Assembly (NCBI GenBank): GCA_963674965.2
Contig: CAXXFL010000001.1
Span: 1 to 64,000 of the forward strand
Source: a bacterium
GTDB taxonomy: Bacteria; RBG-13-61-14; DATKZS01
Reading direction: 5' to 3'
Length of the DNA stretch: 64,000 nucleotides
This document shows positions 1 to 10,077 of the stretch, piece after piece. The position numbers and the translations under genes are program-made. The notes beneath the pieces are model-generated. The model was not told the DNA's origin, did not search any database, and saw only the letters and a list, made by a program, of their open reading frames with translations. The stretch's first letter is position 1; every line of letters starts with the position of its first letter.

Positions 1-55
1 CCCCGCCGGGGGCGCTCTCGCTGATGGGAGTTTTCGCTATTTCCAGGATATCCAT
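1..55 (-). CDS. tssA: T6SS protein TssA, 5' end only (runs off the window)
   Basis: ATG at 55 reads MDILEIAKTPISESAPGG, resembling the ImpA_N start (L..PI...P.G). It lies directly downstream of tssM. Too short for the ORF track. Confidence 0.7.
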   Translation of the reverse strand, partial: MDILEIAKTPISESAPGG

Positions 56-139
56 GGCAATTCGCTCTCTTGTAATTGGGGACCTCGCCGAACGAGTCGG
101 TCCCGAGATTTCACGTTTAGGAAGACCACGCTTTTCGCG

Positions 140-3100
140 TCAATTCCAACAATACACAATCTTTCGAGGGGCGGCCAAGGGTGTCTTCTCGATCAGGTCG
201 ATTAGAGGCTCGTGCCCCTTCAGCTCGAACTTGACCTGGATGAAGTTTACTCCCAGGTTGTCCATTTCCATTTTATGGAGGGGGAAGTCCTGCTGAGTGA
301 ATATCTTGTCGCCGTTCCTGAAATCCATCAGGAATTTGGGAAATCCCGAGTAATGCGGATAGGTCTTGGTCAAGGTAAAGTCCCGAAACCTTATGTCCAT
401 CTTGACGCCGCCGCAAAGCTCCGGGTTCCATTTGAAGGACTGTTTTACCGGGTAGTTCAGGTTCTCGATGCGCTGTACCCCCTCGGAGCAGATCATCTCG
501 ACCACCACCGCCTCGGGCTTGGTCATGGCCCCGGCGTTGACGTCCGTCGGCAGCCCCTCGATGCCGACCTCATACTCGTCGAGCAGCATGTGTCTTCCCA
601 CCGAGCCCGCCGTCAGGAAGCTCTTGAACTCCGAGGAAAAGGGTATCTGCTCGCCGTAGGCCTGGCGCGCGTAATAGCCCCTGGGGTTTTTCGAGATGAA
701 GGGAGAGGCCGGTCCCTGGGCGAACTTCCAGACGATCCCGCTTTCCCCGAACATCTCGTTCTGAAGGGTCGCTCGCGGAACTCCCTCGAGCTCGGCCAGG
801 ACGCTTTCCTCCCACGAGCTCTGGAGGGCGCAGGCCGCGTCCATGCAGGTGTAGTAAAGAAGATTGCGAACGGGGCCCTCCATCAGGTCCCAGAAGACCT
901 GGTCGTCGCCGCGCTTGCTTCCCTTGTAGGACTTGAACTGCTTGACCGCCATGAAGCCGTCGTTAAAGGGAGACTTCGCCTTGCCCGGGTCGTCGCTCTT
1001 GAAAAGACCGGAGGCCATCTGGTAGGCCTTCTCTTTCGACTCGAGCGCGGGCGAGATATCCTGGAGGGCCTTCTGGTAGGCCTGGAGGGACTCCATGGCC
1101 TTGACGTGTCTTTGCACCTCGTCGCGGGCCTGTCCCGGGTCGCCCTTGAAGGCTCCCTCGGCGGCCTTCTCGAACTTCTGGGCGAAGCTCATGCCCTTTT
1201 CGAGGAAACCCTCCCGGATGACCTGCTGCTTCATGGGCTGGAAATCGACGACCAGCTTGACCCAGGCGGGCGCGTCCTTTTTGTTCTCGAGGTGCCCCAG
1301 CTCGTCGGCCATTTTGTCGGTGAACTCGAAATAGGGGTTCACGAAGGTGGTCATGGCCACGGACAGGTCCTGCCACTGGCGACGCGCTCGCTTGACGTCG
1401 TCCTCCTTGTCCCGCATCTTGTATTCTTCCTTGACGAAGTCCTCGGCGAAGCGGCGCCAGCTGGCGATGTACTCGTCCCCGTAGTAATCCTGGAAGGACG
1501 CGATCCTTCCCTCCATGTCCAGGGGGTCCCCGTCCTTTCTCGCGTTGGCCTCGGCCAGGGCCTTCTTCATCTGGCCGATGAAGCCCTCGATTCTCTCCTT
1601 GCCCTTCACCGTGTAGGCGGGCGGGACCATGATCCCCGTTTCCTCGGAGTCGTCTATCCGGTCGTACCAGAACTGGGCCAGGGTGACGGGCTCGAGTCCC
1701 TCCTCGCGGTTGGCCCACGCGATCAGCCACGGCATGGACTTGCCTTTGAGCTTGACCAGCTTGATCAGCATGCCCTCGAGTTTTTTCTTCTCCCTCTTTA
1801 TCTCCTCCCCGTCCACGCTCCAGTTGAGATAATACAGGTAAAGGGAGTTGAAGTTGGAGGCCACCGTCGGCAGGAGGGTGCTGTCGATTATCAGCACCAC
1901 CGCCGTCGAGGGCTGGGGCATCTCCTTTTGTTTCTCGATGGGGACCCCGTCGAGGTAAGCCTCGATAAGGTTGATCCGCTTCACCAGGTGCTCGGCGTAG
2001 TCGCCCACCACCTCGTTGGGCGTGGTCTCGTCCAGCGCGGCGATGCGGCTTCCCATCTCGTCGTCAATCCGCTCGAGCAACCCCTCGAGCCTGTCCTTGG
2101 CCCCCTTGTCGACCAGCGGCCTTCCCTCCTTGAAGAGGTTGACGTAGCGCTCCTTGAGCCCCTTCTCGACCTCCCTGCTCTGGTAAAGGCCCATCCTCGG
2201 GAGCCACCAGTTGGCGTTCAGGCCCTCGAGTTCCATGATCTGGGACCGGAAGGAGTCAAGAAGGATAATGTCCCTGGTCGCGTCGCGCACCATCTCGGGC
2301 GGCTTCTCGAACTTCTCGGTATAGGAATCGAGGGCGTTGTAGTTCTTGACGAAGGAGAAGAAGGTCAGGGCCACCGCCACCAGGGCCACTCCCATGACCG
2401 CGGCCGCTCCCAGGTAGCGGGTGGACCGCTTCCAGTTCATGTATTCCCTGAGCGGCGAGTACATGTAGCGGTCGTCGGGAAGGATTTTCGAGAAGAAGTC
2501 CTGGAGGAAAAATCCCCGGTTGGAGCCGGGAAGGTTCTCGTGCATCTCCCGGTTGACCCCGAGGGGAACGAGCATGTCCGACTTGGGCTGGCCCGCCTGC
2601 TGGGCGCTGGAGAAGAATATTCCGCGCAGCATGGCGGGTTCCTGGTAGGGGTTCTCCTGGAACGCTCCCTTTATGAAGGCCTCGAGCCCCGGCTTCAGTC
2701 TTTCGAACTCCTCCGGGAAAAGCAGCATGGCCGGGTCGGCGTTCTCGTTCTCGTGCAGGATAACGAGCTTCAAGTCCTTGAGCCTCTCGGTGATGGAGGC
2801 GAAGGTCTCGTCGATAAAGGTCTGGGTGTCGCGCTTGACGTTTCGGTTGACGTTGCCCATCCCCTCCTTGAAGGCCCGCCAGGGGAAGGCGCCGCAGAAG
2901 GAGTTCATGCCGGGGACCTGGTCGAGCTTGGTCACGAGGACGTAGACGGGGAACTTGGCGCCGAGGACCCTCATGACGTGGTCGATGGACTGGTTGACTC
3001 CCCGGCCGTACTGCTCGACGTCCTCTTTCCGGGCCGAGCGGAGCTTGTCGGCAGGGACCGCCACGACCACCCCGTTAATGGGCTCCTTTTTGCGGTAGCG

Positions 3101-3694
3101 CGAGAGGAGGGAGAGGAACTTTTTCCATTCCTCCTTGTTTTTTCCGTGGGCCGTGCCCATGGCGTATCTTCCGGCGGTGTCGAGCACCACGGAGTCGTCG
3201 AAGAACCACCAGTCCAGGTTGGTGGTGGCCGAGTCCCCCGGCGGGTGTCCCAGGTCGGGGAAACAGGAGGGCAGCCTCGAGTTCTTGAGGGCCGTGGTTT
3301 TTCCCGAGGACTGCTCGCCTATCATCAGGTACCAGGGCAGGGCGTAAAGGGGGTTTCCCCTTTTTTTGAGGCGGGACTTCTTGAGCCTGTCCACCGCCTC
3401 CCTGAACCTGTTCTCCAGGTCCTGGAGCTGGCGGGCCTCGAACATGGGCGTCCCGGCGGCGGTCTCCTGCTCGATCACCTGGCGGACGAACCCTTCCTCC
3501 CGCCGCCTGAACACCAGCTTCCTCACGAACAGGATCAGCCCGAGAACGGCCACGATCGAGCCCGGGATCACCAGGGATATCCACCAGGGCCATCCCAGTC
3601 TCGGACAAAGGTAAAAATAGGTGCCCAGCCCTATCGCCACCAGGACCGCGACGAACAGAGTCCACTTGAGTATTGTCCACAATATCTTCGTCAT
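140..3694 (-). CDS. tssM: T6SS membrane complex protein TssM (IcmF)
   Basis: 1184 aa; N-terminal TM helices, LYALPWYLMIG, Walker A GEQSSGKTT, DWWF, LDTAGRY, PINGVVV, FPVYVLVTKLD, LRGIFFSSA. Confidence 0.97.
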   Translation of the reverse strand: MTKILWTILKWTLFVAVLVAIGLGTYFYLCPRLGWPWWISLVIPGSIVAVLGLILFVRKLVFRRREEGFVRQVIEQETAAGTPMFEARQLQDLENRFREAVDRLKKSRLKKRGNPLYALPWYLMIGEQSSGKTTALKNSRLPSCFPDLGHPPGDSATTNLDWWFFDDSVVLDTAGRYAMGTAHGKNKEEWKKFLSLLSRYRKKEPINGVVVAVPADKLRSARKEDVEQYGRGVNQSIDHVMRVLGAKFPVYVLVTKLDQVPGMNSFCGAFPWRAFKEGMGNVNRNVKRDTQTFIDETFASITERLKDLKLVILHENENADPAMLLFPEEFERLKPGLEAFIKGAFQENPYQEPAMLRGIFFSSAQQAGQPKSDMLVPLGVNREMHENLPGSNRGFFLQDFFSKILPDDRYMYSPLREYMNWKRSTRYLGAAAVMGVALVAVALTFFSFVKNYNALDSYTEKFEKPPEMVRDATRDIILLDSFRSQIMELEGLNANWWLPRMGLYQSREVEKGLKERYVNLFKEGRPLVDKGAKDRLEGLLERIDDEMGSRIAALDETTPNEVVGDYAEHLVKRINLIEAYLDGVPIEKQKEMPQPSTAVVLIIDSTLLPTVASNFNSLYLYYLNWSVDGEEIKREKKKLEGMLIKLVKLKGKSMPWLIAWANREEGLEPVTLAQFWYDRIDDSEETGIMVPPAYTVKGKERIEGFIGQMKKALAEANARKDGDPLDMEGRIASFQDYYGDEYIASWRRFAEDFVKEEYKMRDKEDDVKRARRQWQDLSVAMTTFVNPYFEFTDKMADELGHLENKKDAPAWVKLVVDFQPMKQQVIREGFLEKGMSFAQKFEKAAEGAFKGDPGQARDEVQRHVKAMESLQAYQKALQDISPALESKEKAYQMASGLFKSDDPGKAKSPFNDGFMAVKQFKSYKGSKRGDDQVFWDLMEGPVRNLLYYTCMDAACALQSSWEESVLAELEGVPRATLQNEMFGESGIVWKFAQGPASPFISKNPRGYYARQAYGEQIPFSSEFKSFLTAGSVGRHMLLDEYEVGIEGLPTDVNAGAMTKPEAVVVEMICSEGVQRIENLNYPVKQSFKWNPELCGGVKMDIRFRDFTLTKTYPHYSGFPKFLMDFRNGDKIFTQQDFPLHKMEMDNLGVNFIQVKFELKGHEPLIDLIEKTPLAAPRKIVYCWN

Positions 3695-3732
3695 TTGCCG
3701 CCCTACGCTGTCTTTGCCGCCTTCATCGCCGA

Positions 3733-4395
3733 CTAGAGGATGCCGCCCGCCATCTTGTCAAGAATCCCGCTGAAAACGATAAAGGCCGCCGCCGCGCTTC
3801 CCGCCGCCGCCGCCGCCACGCCCACCGCGAAGGGAACGACGCTCCAGTCCACCCGCCTCCTGGCTTTTTCCCGCTCCGATATGTAGGAGCCCGGAAAGAA
3901 CCTGGCCTCCTCGGAAATATAGGGGTTCGAGCCTATGTCCAGAATCCTGGCCAGGGCCTGGTCCCCCACCTTGTCCAGGTCCTCCAGGGACCTGACCGCG
4001 AAATACCTGCCGCTGAACCCGAGCACCAGGCACGCGCAATAGACCTCCATCACGCGCCCTCCGTCTTCCCCCAGCCTTCCCAGCCGCTCGAAGAACTCAA
4101 CGCCCGCGTTGGTGGTATGGTAGTACTCCCTTTGAAGCTGCCGGTCCTTCCAGCTTTCCTTCTCGCTCCAGCTCGAGAGCAGGATGACCTCGTCCACCCA
4201 GGCGCAGACGGCGAACTTGGCGCTATCGAAGTCGGGCTCGGCGAACCCGGCCTCCTTGGCCAGCCTCTGGGCGTTCTCGAGCAGAAGCTCGATCTCCCTC
4301 CGGAAGACGTCGAAGGGCGGATGGCTCTCGGAAAGGCGCGACATGGAATAGGCCACGTACGAAACCGGGCCGGAAAAACAGTCGAGCAGCCTCAA
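3733..4395 (-). CDS. tssL: T6SS protein TssL (DotU family), no OmpA domain
   Basis: AKFAVCAWVDEVIL, W...LQ..Y..TTNAGVEFFERL, EVYCACLVLGFSGRY and a C-terminal TM helix; located between tssK and tssM. Confidence 0.95.
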   Translation of the reverse strand: MRLLDCFSGPVSYVAYSMSRLSESHPPFDVFRREIELLLENAQRLAKEAGFAEPDFDSAKFAVCAWVDEVILLSSWSEKESWKDRQLQREYYHTTNAGVEFFERLGRLGEDGGRVMEVYCACLVLGFSGRYFAVRSLEDLDKVGDQALARILDIGSNPYISEEARFFPGSYISEREKARRRVDWSVVPFAVGVAAAAAGSAAAAFIVFSGILDKMAGGIL

Positions 4396-4396
4396 G

Positions 4397-5788
4397 TCAC
4401 GACCTCCTCATCACGATCACCTCGGCGATAAGGTCCTCGGGCGCGGCGTTCCAATGCAGGGCGATGTTCCCGTCCCTTCTCACGTCGTCCCACTGGGTGC
4501 CGGACAGGTCGATCCTGAAGTAGGAGGCGTTGCCTATCTGGGGCAGGCCGGGGGGAGGCACGGGCAGATACTCGAGGACCAGGCCCGGCAGGGCCCTCGA
4601 GATCAGGATGGGCAGGTTCTCCTTGGCCGAGAGCTTGCTCACCGAGCCGATGGCGTCCACCACCTCGGCCTTGTCCAGGTCCGTCCTCAGCGACAGGTAA
4701 TAAACGTTCTTGTCGCTGAACACGGCCGGCTCCATCTCTCCCTGGTAGTACTGGTCAGCCAGCTCGAGCTTGATGATCGCCTCGGGACCGTAGGTGATAT
4801 CATCCAGCAGCCGGCTGATGAGCTTGTGCAGCCTCGAGTAGCTGTACTCGAGGTCCAGGTGCTTGTAGGGGGGGACAACCTTGGCCCCCGTCACGTCCTC
4901 GCCCGTGGCGCTCATGGTCTGGGAGAAGGTGGTCAGCTCGCCCACCATCTGCACCAGCACCTCGTACACGTTCCAGGGGTGGACCTCCCTGGTGTCCATC
5001 ATGTGGTGGAGCCAGAGGGCGTAGCGCGAAAGCGTGCGAAGGCCCATGAGAAGGAAGAAAACGCCGCCCTCGATCTCGCCCGAGCGCATGCCCCTCGGGC
5101 TCTTGTATTCCTCGAGCCGGCGGCAGCGGGCGCTCAGCTTGTCGTAAACGTCCTTGATAAGGCCCATGAGCTGGGGGGCCGAGTCGATCCGGAGGGAGGG
5201 CGGGATAAAGCGGGCCGACAGCCTGACCTTGTCCTCCCCCGCCTCGAGCACCGCCGCGGGAATGAGCACGTACTTGCTCAGCTCGTCCTTTTCCGACTCC
5301 CAGAATATGCGGGGAACGTAGCTCAGGCGCTTGACCTTGGCCTGAGGACCGTCCTGGTAGAGGTCGGCCACGTCCTCGGGGTCGGAGGTGGTCACGAACC
5401 GCGAGGTTATGGCGCCCACGTCCTCCAGGCTCGAGACCTCGGTCACGTTGTCCGAGGCCTGGTCGAGCTTCTTGAGACCGAGGAACACCTTGAGAGGACG
5501 GCCGCCCTCGAGGGGCGCGTCCTCGAGCGACCGGCTCCGGATGACGCCGTTCCCGGGAAAGGTCACGTAGGTCCCGTCGGGAAAAACCAGCTCGGCCTCG
5601 TCGATGGCCAGCATGCCGTTCTCCAGGGACTCGGCGTTAAAGGTCAATGAGCTTACGCCCCACATGTACGGGTTCGCGAACTTGGCGAAGGGCGTCAAGA
5701 GCGACTGGTGGTACATGTCGGAAAGCTGGAAATGCTGAGGCTGAAGAAACAGTCCCTGGTGCCAGAAAATGGGTCGTTGATTTTTCAC
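4397..5788 (-). CDS. tssK: T6SS baseplate subunit TssK
   Basis: IFWHQGLFLQPQHFQ start, FIPPSL, HPWNVY..L, PPYKHLDL, ALPGL..L..PP motifs; GTG start. Confidence 0.96.
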   Translation of the reverse strand: MKNQRPIFWHQGLFLQPQHFQLSDMYHQSLLTPFAKFANPYMWGVSSLTFNAESLENGMLAIDEAELVFPDGTYVTFPGNGVIRSRSLEDAPLEGGRPLKVFLGLKKLDQASDNVTEVSSLEDVGAITSRFVTTSDPEDVADLYQDGPQAKVKRLSYVPRIFWESEKDELSKYVLIPAAVLEAGEDKVRLSARFIPPSLRIDSAPQLMGLIKDVYDKLSARCRRLEEYKSPRGMRSGEIEGGVFFLLMGLRTLSRYALWLHHMMDTREVHPWNVYEVLVQMVGELTTFSQTMSATGEDVTGAKVVPPYKHLDLEYSYSRLHKLISRLLDDITYGPEAIIKLELADQYYQGEMEPAVFSDKNVYYLSLRTDLDKAEVVDAIGSVSKLSAKENLPILISRALPGLVLEYLPVPPPGLPQIGNASYFRIDLSGTQWDDVRRDGNIALHWNAAPEDLIAEVIVMRRS

Positions 5789-5791
5789 CGC

Positions 5792-6394
5792 TTACTCCAG
5801 TGTCTGTTGGATTTCCTCGGGACCGAAATAAAAGCGGACCTCGAGCTTGTCGGGCACGGCCGTGTGTTTCCGGATGAAAAAGCCGCTCTTCTCGATCCTT
5901 ACCGGGACCAGGACCAGCTTGGAAACGTGTCCCGGCCATAAATTGTAGTATCCAGCCACCACCCCGAAAAACCTGGCGTCCTCGGCCCGGTCGAAAACGA
6001 TGGTCTCCTCGTCCCCCGGGTGGACCACCAGGGGCTCCGAGCTGGCCACGCTCTCGTCGAAGCGCTGGCACTCGAGGAGCTTGATCACGCCCTCCCGGCT
6101 GGCCTTGAGGTCGTTGAAGGCGTTGGGGTCGATAAGCTGGTACATGCACACGAAAAGGGTGTGGGCCTCGTCGTCGTGGACGTTAAGGTTGGGGTCGGCC
6201 CGGTAGGTCATCTTGATGCCCTTGGCCTGGAAGGGCCATTTCTCCAGTTCCTCTATCTTTTTGGCGCAGGAGAAAACCGAGGCCAGGGCGAGGGTCAACA
6301 TCACGGCCAGACCGCGAGCCAAGGGCCTGGGGGCCTTGCCGCCAAGAAGGATGGTCAGTTTTTTCGGCGTTCTCATTACAACGTTTTTAGCCAT
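5792..6394 (-). CDS. tssJ: T6SS lipoprotein TssJ
   Basis: Lipobox-like LASVFSC, ADPNLN, MYQL...F, DRAEDARFFGVVAGYY. First gene of the tssJKLM run; ATG 6394 chosen for its upstream GAGGAAGG. Confidence 0.9.
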   Translation of the reverse strand: MAKNVVMRTPKKLTILLGGKAPRPLARGLAVMLTLALASVFSCAKKIEELEKWPFQAKGIKMTYRADPNLNVHDDEAHTLFVCMYQLIDPNAFNDLKASREGVIKLLECQRFDESVASSEPLVVHPGDEETIVFDRAEDARFFGVVAGYYNLWPGHVSKLVLVPVRIEKSGFFIRKHTAVPDKLEVRFYFGPEEIQQTLE

Positions 6395-7071
6395 CGATCC
6401 TTCCTCGTTCACGTCGCGAGGGCCATGGACCGGACGCTTAAAGATCGATCGCGCGTCCTTTCCCTCACTTATATCCGCCAGAGCGCTTCCACTTGAGCAT
6501 ACGCCTAGGGCCGAAAACCCGGCCAGTGTCGCCGCCGGACTCGGGGGTCCTTTAAAAGGTCGTTTTTAAGTTATATCCTTTCCGGTCCGAAGATATGAAG
6601 TCAAAATACTACCAGGCCGGTTACCCCATGCTCTTCTTCCCGCTACCCATGAACCAATAGGGGAGCGGCGCGAATCGCCGCAATTCCCGAAACTATTCAA
6701 AATGCCATGAGTATTGTTTTGCGGTTCACGTTCCGGCGAACTTCAGCGGTAGCGTGGGGCTTGAGGCGCGTTGTCAGCTTGGGGCGCGTACTTCGTGGAA
6801 CTTTGACAAAGCCGGAACATGTTTCCACGCAAATTTAATATGGCGACTATATACCAACGCGCCCAAAGAATCAAGGACAAATTTAACAAATTATTTTGAA
6901 GATCGAACAAGGGAAAAAGTCTTTTCGCTTTTTTCGGCCATTTCGGTTTTATTCCCTCCAGCCTTGTGTTATTATTCCCCCAGACCCGCCCGCCGGACCT
7001 CCAGAAACAAGGCGCGGCGCGGGAACCGACGCCGCCCATCCTCGCGGCGATCCGACCAAGGAGAAGTTCGC

Positions 7072-8004
7072 ATGAAGATTAGGACGCTGACCGCCGCTCT
7101 TTGCCTTGCCATCTCGCTCCTGGCGGCCCTTCCCGGGCTGGCCGCCTCCAGCGCCTCCCTGGGCCGGTACGTGGACTACCAGGCCGAGGAGGGCGGCGGC
7201 CGCATAACGGGCAAGCTTAAAAACCTCTTCAAGCCCTGGTGGAAAAAGTCCGGCGACGATAAAAAAGCCGACAAGCACGCCCCCGAGGAATCGGACGAGG
7301 ACGAGGCCCTCGAGGGGGCCCCTCCCAAGCCCGAGAAGGAGACCAAGTGGGGCTACTTCGTGGGTCCCATGTTCTTCCTTTTAAACTCGGACTTCTCCAA
7401 CCTCGATCCCATGACCGGCGACCGGGGAATAAACTCCTTCAGCGACAACACCTTCTTATGGGGCGTTTACGGAGGGGCCATCAGGGGCAGTTACAGGTTC
7501 GGCGGGTTCTACCTCACCGGGTACCAGGCCGACAACGAGCTCATCCTCAACCGCACGCGCCGGGCCGAGATTGATTACATGGGATACGGCGGCTTCTTCG
7601 AGTATTCCCACGAGTACATGACCTACAAGCGAAAGAACTACCCCGCCCACGTGCCCTACATGCGCTACGGCTACATCATGGGCCTGATGGCATCCACCGG
7701 GACCATGGACTTCCTGGCCGAGGGGCCCGACATGGGAGAATCCAACCAGTGGAGCGCAAGCGCGCCCATCCAGACCGCCTACCCCTACGTCGGACTGTGG
7801 CTCTCCCCCTACGACTGGCTGTGGCTGCAGATCGACGTGGGCTACCTTATGTTCTTCATGGACGTCTCGGGAGACGAGTTCGTCAACGACGCGGGGACCA
7901 GGATGGTGACCGACGAGTTCGGCGACGGCGTCCAGATCGGGCTCAGGTTCACCTTCGGCGAAAACCCCAACGTCGAGTACGCCCCCCCCAACAGGCCAAG
8001 GTAG
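7072..8004 (+). CDS. Secreted or outer-membrane beta-barrel-like hypothetical protein
   Basis: AAGGAG RBS before ATG 7072, Sec signal peptide, acidic linker, then amphipathic Gly/aromatic-rich strands ending GVQIGLRFTFG. Confidence 0.65.
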   Translation: MKIRTLTAALCLAISLLAALPGLAASSASLGRYVDYQAEEGGGRITGKLKNLFKPWWKKSGDDKKADKHAPEESDEDEALEGAPPKPEKETKWGYFVGPMFFLLNSDFSNLDPMTGDRGINSFSDNTFLWGVYGGAIRGSYRFGGFYLTGYQADNELILNRTRRAEIDYMGYGGFFEYSHEYMTYKRKNYPAHVPYMRYGYIMGLMASTGTMDFLAEGPDMGESNQWSASAPIQTAYPYVGLWLSPYDWLWLQIDVGYLMFFMDVSGDEFVNDAGTRMVTDEFGDGVQIGLRFTFGENPNVEYAPPNRPR

Positions 8005-8087
8005 GAATAAGAAGAAACCGGATGGCCACCCACCGCTCCCATAGGATCGCGGCCCCCTTCCCGCGCCTTCGGCGCCCAGATAGCAAA

Positions 8088-8278
8088 TTTTCAGCGCCAT
8101 GACATAGTTTACACCTTGTGCCACAACATGGTTTACACTTTCGGCATCTTGATCTTTGTTTTGGAGGTGATTGGGATGCCGTGGAAAGAGGTCGACATCC
8201 ATGATAAGTCTCTGTCAAGGGGAGAGGGAGGCTCCCCGTTCTTCGACGATTTATCCGCTGATCAACTCATGCTATCAT
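8088..8278 (+). mobile_element. IS481-family left-end remnant with the first codons of a transposase
   Basis: Direct repeats ACATAGTTTACAC (8102-8114) and ACATGGTTTACAC (8126-8138), then GGAGGT and ATG 8176 encoding MPWKEVD, a typical IS481 transposase start. No recognisable continuation; right boundary inferred from the coaD break. Confidence 0.7.
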
Positions 8279-8696
8279 CCTCCTTGATCAGGCTGGAGGA
8301 CAAGTGCGAATAGCATCCCTCGGTCATCATGAACAGGGTCTCGACCGCGGGCTTCATCTGGCGGTTGGTATGGGCCATGGCTATCTCGTACTCGAAGTCG
8401 GTGGTGTTGCGAAGTCCGCGCAGCAGGATGCCGGCGCCCTTTCCCTCGGCGTAGTCCACGAGCAGGCTCTTCTTAAAGGAGTCGACCTTGACGTTCGAAA
8501 GGCCCTTGGGAAGGATTTTCCTCCAAAGGTCAAGACGCTCCTCGGTGGAGAACACGTAACGCTTGCTGGTGCTGTCGGCCACCGCGATGATGACCTCGTC
8601 GAAAATGGCCGCCGAGCGGGACACGATGTTAAGGTGCCCAAGGGTCGGGGGATCGAAACTCCCCGGATACGCCGCTATTACCTTCTTCTTAGCCAA
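8262..8696 (-). pseudogene. coaD: Phosphopantetheine adenylyltransferase, C-terminally truncated or interrupted
   Basis: YPGSFDPPTLGH, LRGLRNTTDFEYE, ETLFM, SSSLIKE. Homology stops there and DDSMS* follows instead of the usual ~20-residue tail. TTG start at 8696 after GGGAGGGAG. Confidence 0.85.
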
Positions 8697-8990
8697 TACT
8701 CCCTCCCGCGCCGATCGATTCAAGACCAGTTATTCTATGAAAAAACGCGAGAAGACGCAACAAAAAAGCGTGCCAAGGCACGAACCTTGGACCATGCTCT
8801 ATTGTTTATCGATATATGCAAAAGTAATAAGAAAATCGAGCCATCAGGAGAAACTGAAATCTTATCGCCAACATTGCAGAGCATAACACGCCGTTATTAC
8901 AAGTGATTTTCTCCAATTTGCGCGTTGACTTTTTATCCCTTTTCTGTTCTATATACTTTATTGAGATGAATCCATCCCAGGAGGTCTTGA

Positions 8991-9625
8991 ATGAAGGATT
9001 TTAAGAGCCTTGGTGTCCTTTTTCTGGTTGTTGCTTCTGTCCTGCTTCTTGGGCAAACTCAATCCTCCGTACCGCCGACCATTTACTATCAGGGAAGAAT
9101 TGCCGATGATTATGTCTCTCCCGTTGAGGACGGCGAGTTTGAATTTTATTTTCTTATCTTTGACGCCGTTTCCGGTGGTGACTTGCTTTGGTCTGAATCT
9201 CAGCCCGGGGTTGCGGTTTCAGGGGGTCTGTATAAGGCTAACCTTGGGGCCGTGGAGCCTATTGAATTCTCCATTTTCAATGGCAAAGATGCTTATCTTG
9301 AAGTCCGTGTGTTTGGGAAGACGCTTGGGCCAAGGGCCAGGGTCGTTTCCAGTCCTTTTGCTCTCAAGGTGGAGGGCGAGGTTCCGGAAGGAGCGATTAT
9401 TCTGAGCGAGCTTAGCGGTGACACGGCCATAACCAACTTTGGCTTTACCGAGCAGGGAAGTACTATAAACTCTTATTATTTGTATAAAAAAGACGCTTAC
9501 AATCCCTCACGGCCTCGCGTTCCCCAAAGGATTTTATACCAAGGACGATTGCTTCCGGCGGATGGAGGCACGGTTGGAAGCACGGCAAATTTCACTTTCT
9601 CCATATATGACGCGGACACCGCCGG
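8991..9625 (+). pseudogene. Secreted protein with tandem 'YQGR' domains, truncated in the second repeat
   Basis: GGAGG RBS and signal peptide; PPTIYYQGRI...FLIFDAVSGGDLLWSE, then VPQRILYQGRL...[10 protein letters not shown], which breaks off. The ORF continues to 9719 through unrelated sequence. Visibly AT-richer than its flanks. Confidence 0.7.
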
Positions 9626-9706
9626 TATCCGCCCGACAAGCAAGAGGCGGCGACCAAGACGGTCATCGAACAGGCGGAGTTGTTGTCAGCGGATTGGGCG
9701 GGTTAA
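9626..9706 (+). pseudogene. hsdR: 3' terminal fragment of type I restriction endonuclease subunit R
   Basis: An alternative frame reads [26 protein letters not shown], matching the HsdR C-terminus I recall as [15 protein letters not shown] (DUF3387). Confidence 0.8.
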
Positions 9707-10077
9707 GACGCTAATATGAAGATATTTCTTCCCAGCTATTCTATGGTGAAACTTGCTTTGTGTGGTAGCTATTTAGCGCTCCCCGTAGTATGAACTTTTA
9801 AAGAAAAATAAGTATATTCTTCTTTCCTTCCACCCTCCTGTACCCGAAAGAATCATGACCGGAGGACCGAGCGGACGAGGGACGGAGGGCGCAATTATTT
9901 CGGGTCAATCCCCTGACGGAAATATGAAAAAGCTTCTCCATATCTCCGTATCCCTCCACCCATCTATTCGAGGTCAAGAGATCGTAAGCATCACGAGGCG
10001 GTCACCACCGTTCCGTCCGCCATTCTTTCCTTATAGAGTTGCCTATGGTACGGCGTTAACTGGCAAAGACTAGGAAT

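Noticed and set aside
212-3736. 1174-aa plus-strand ORF
   Set aside because: Antisense shadow of tssM caused by high-GC codon bias; no motifs.
8102-8138. Direct repeats as a CRISPR remnant
   Set aside because: Only two 13-bp copies 24 bp apart and no cas genes; fits IS481 terminal binding sites better. No CRISPR array was seen in the window.
8116-8313. 65-aa ORF as a real gene
   Set aside because: Only MPWKEVD is transposase-like; the rest runs into unrelated sequence and antisense coaD.
8757-8775. TGGCACG as a sigma54 promoter for coaD
   Set aside because: No GC at the required -12 spacing.
8925-8957. TTGACT...TATACT promoter
   Set aside because: 21-nt spacing is too long to call with confidence.
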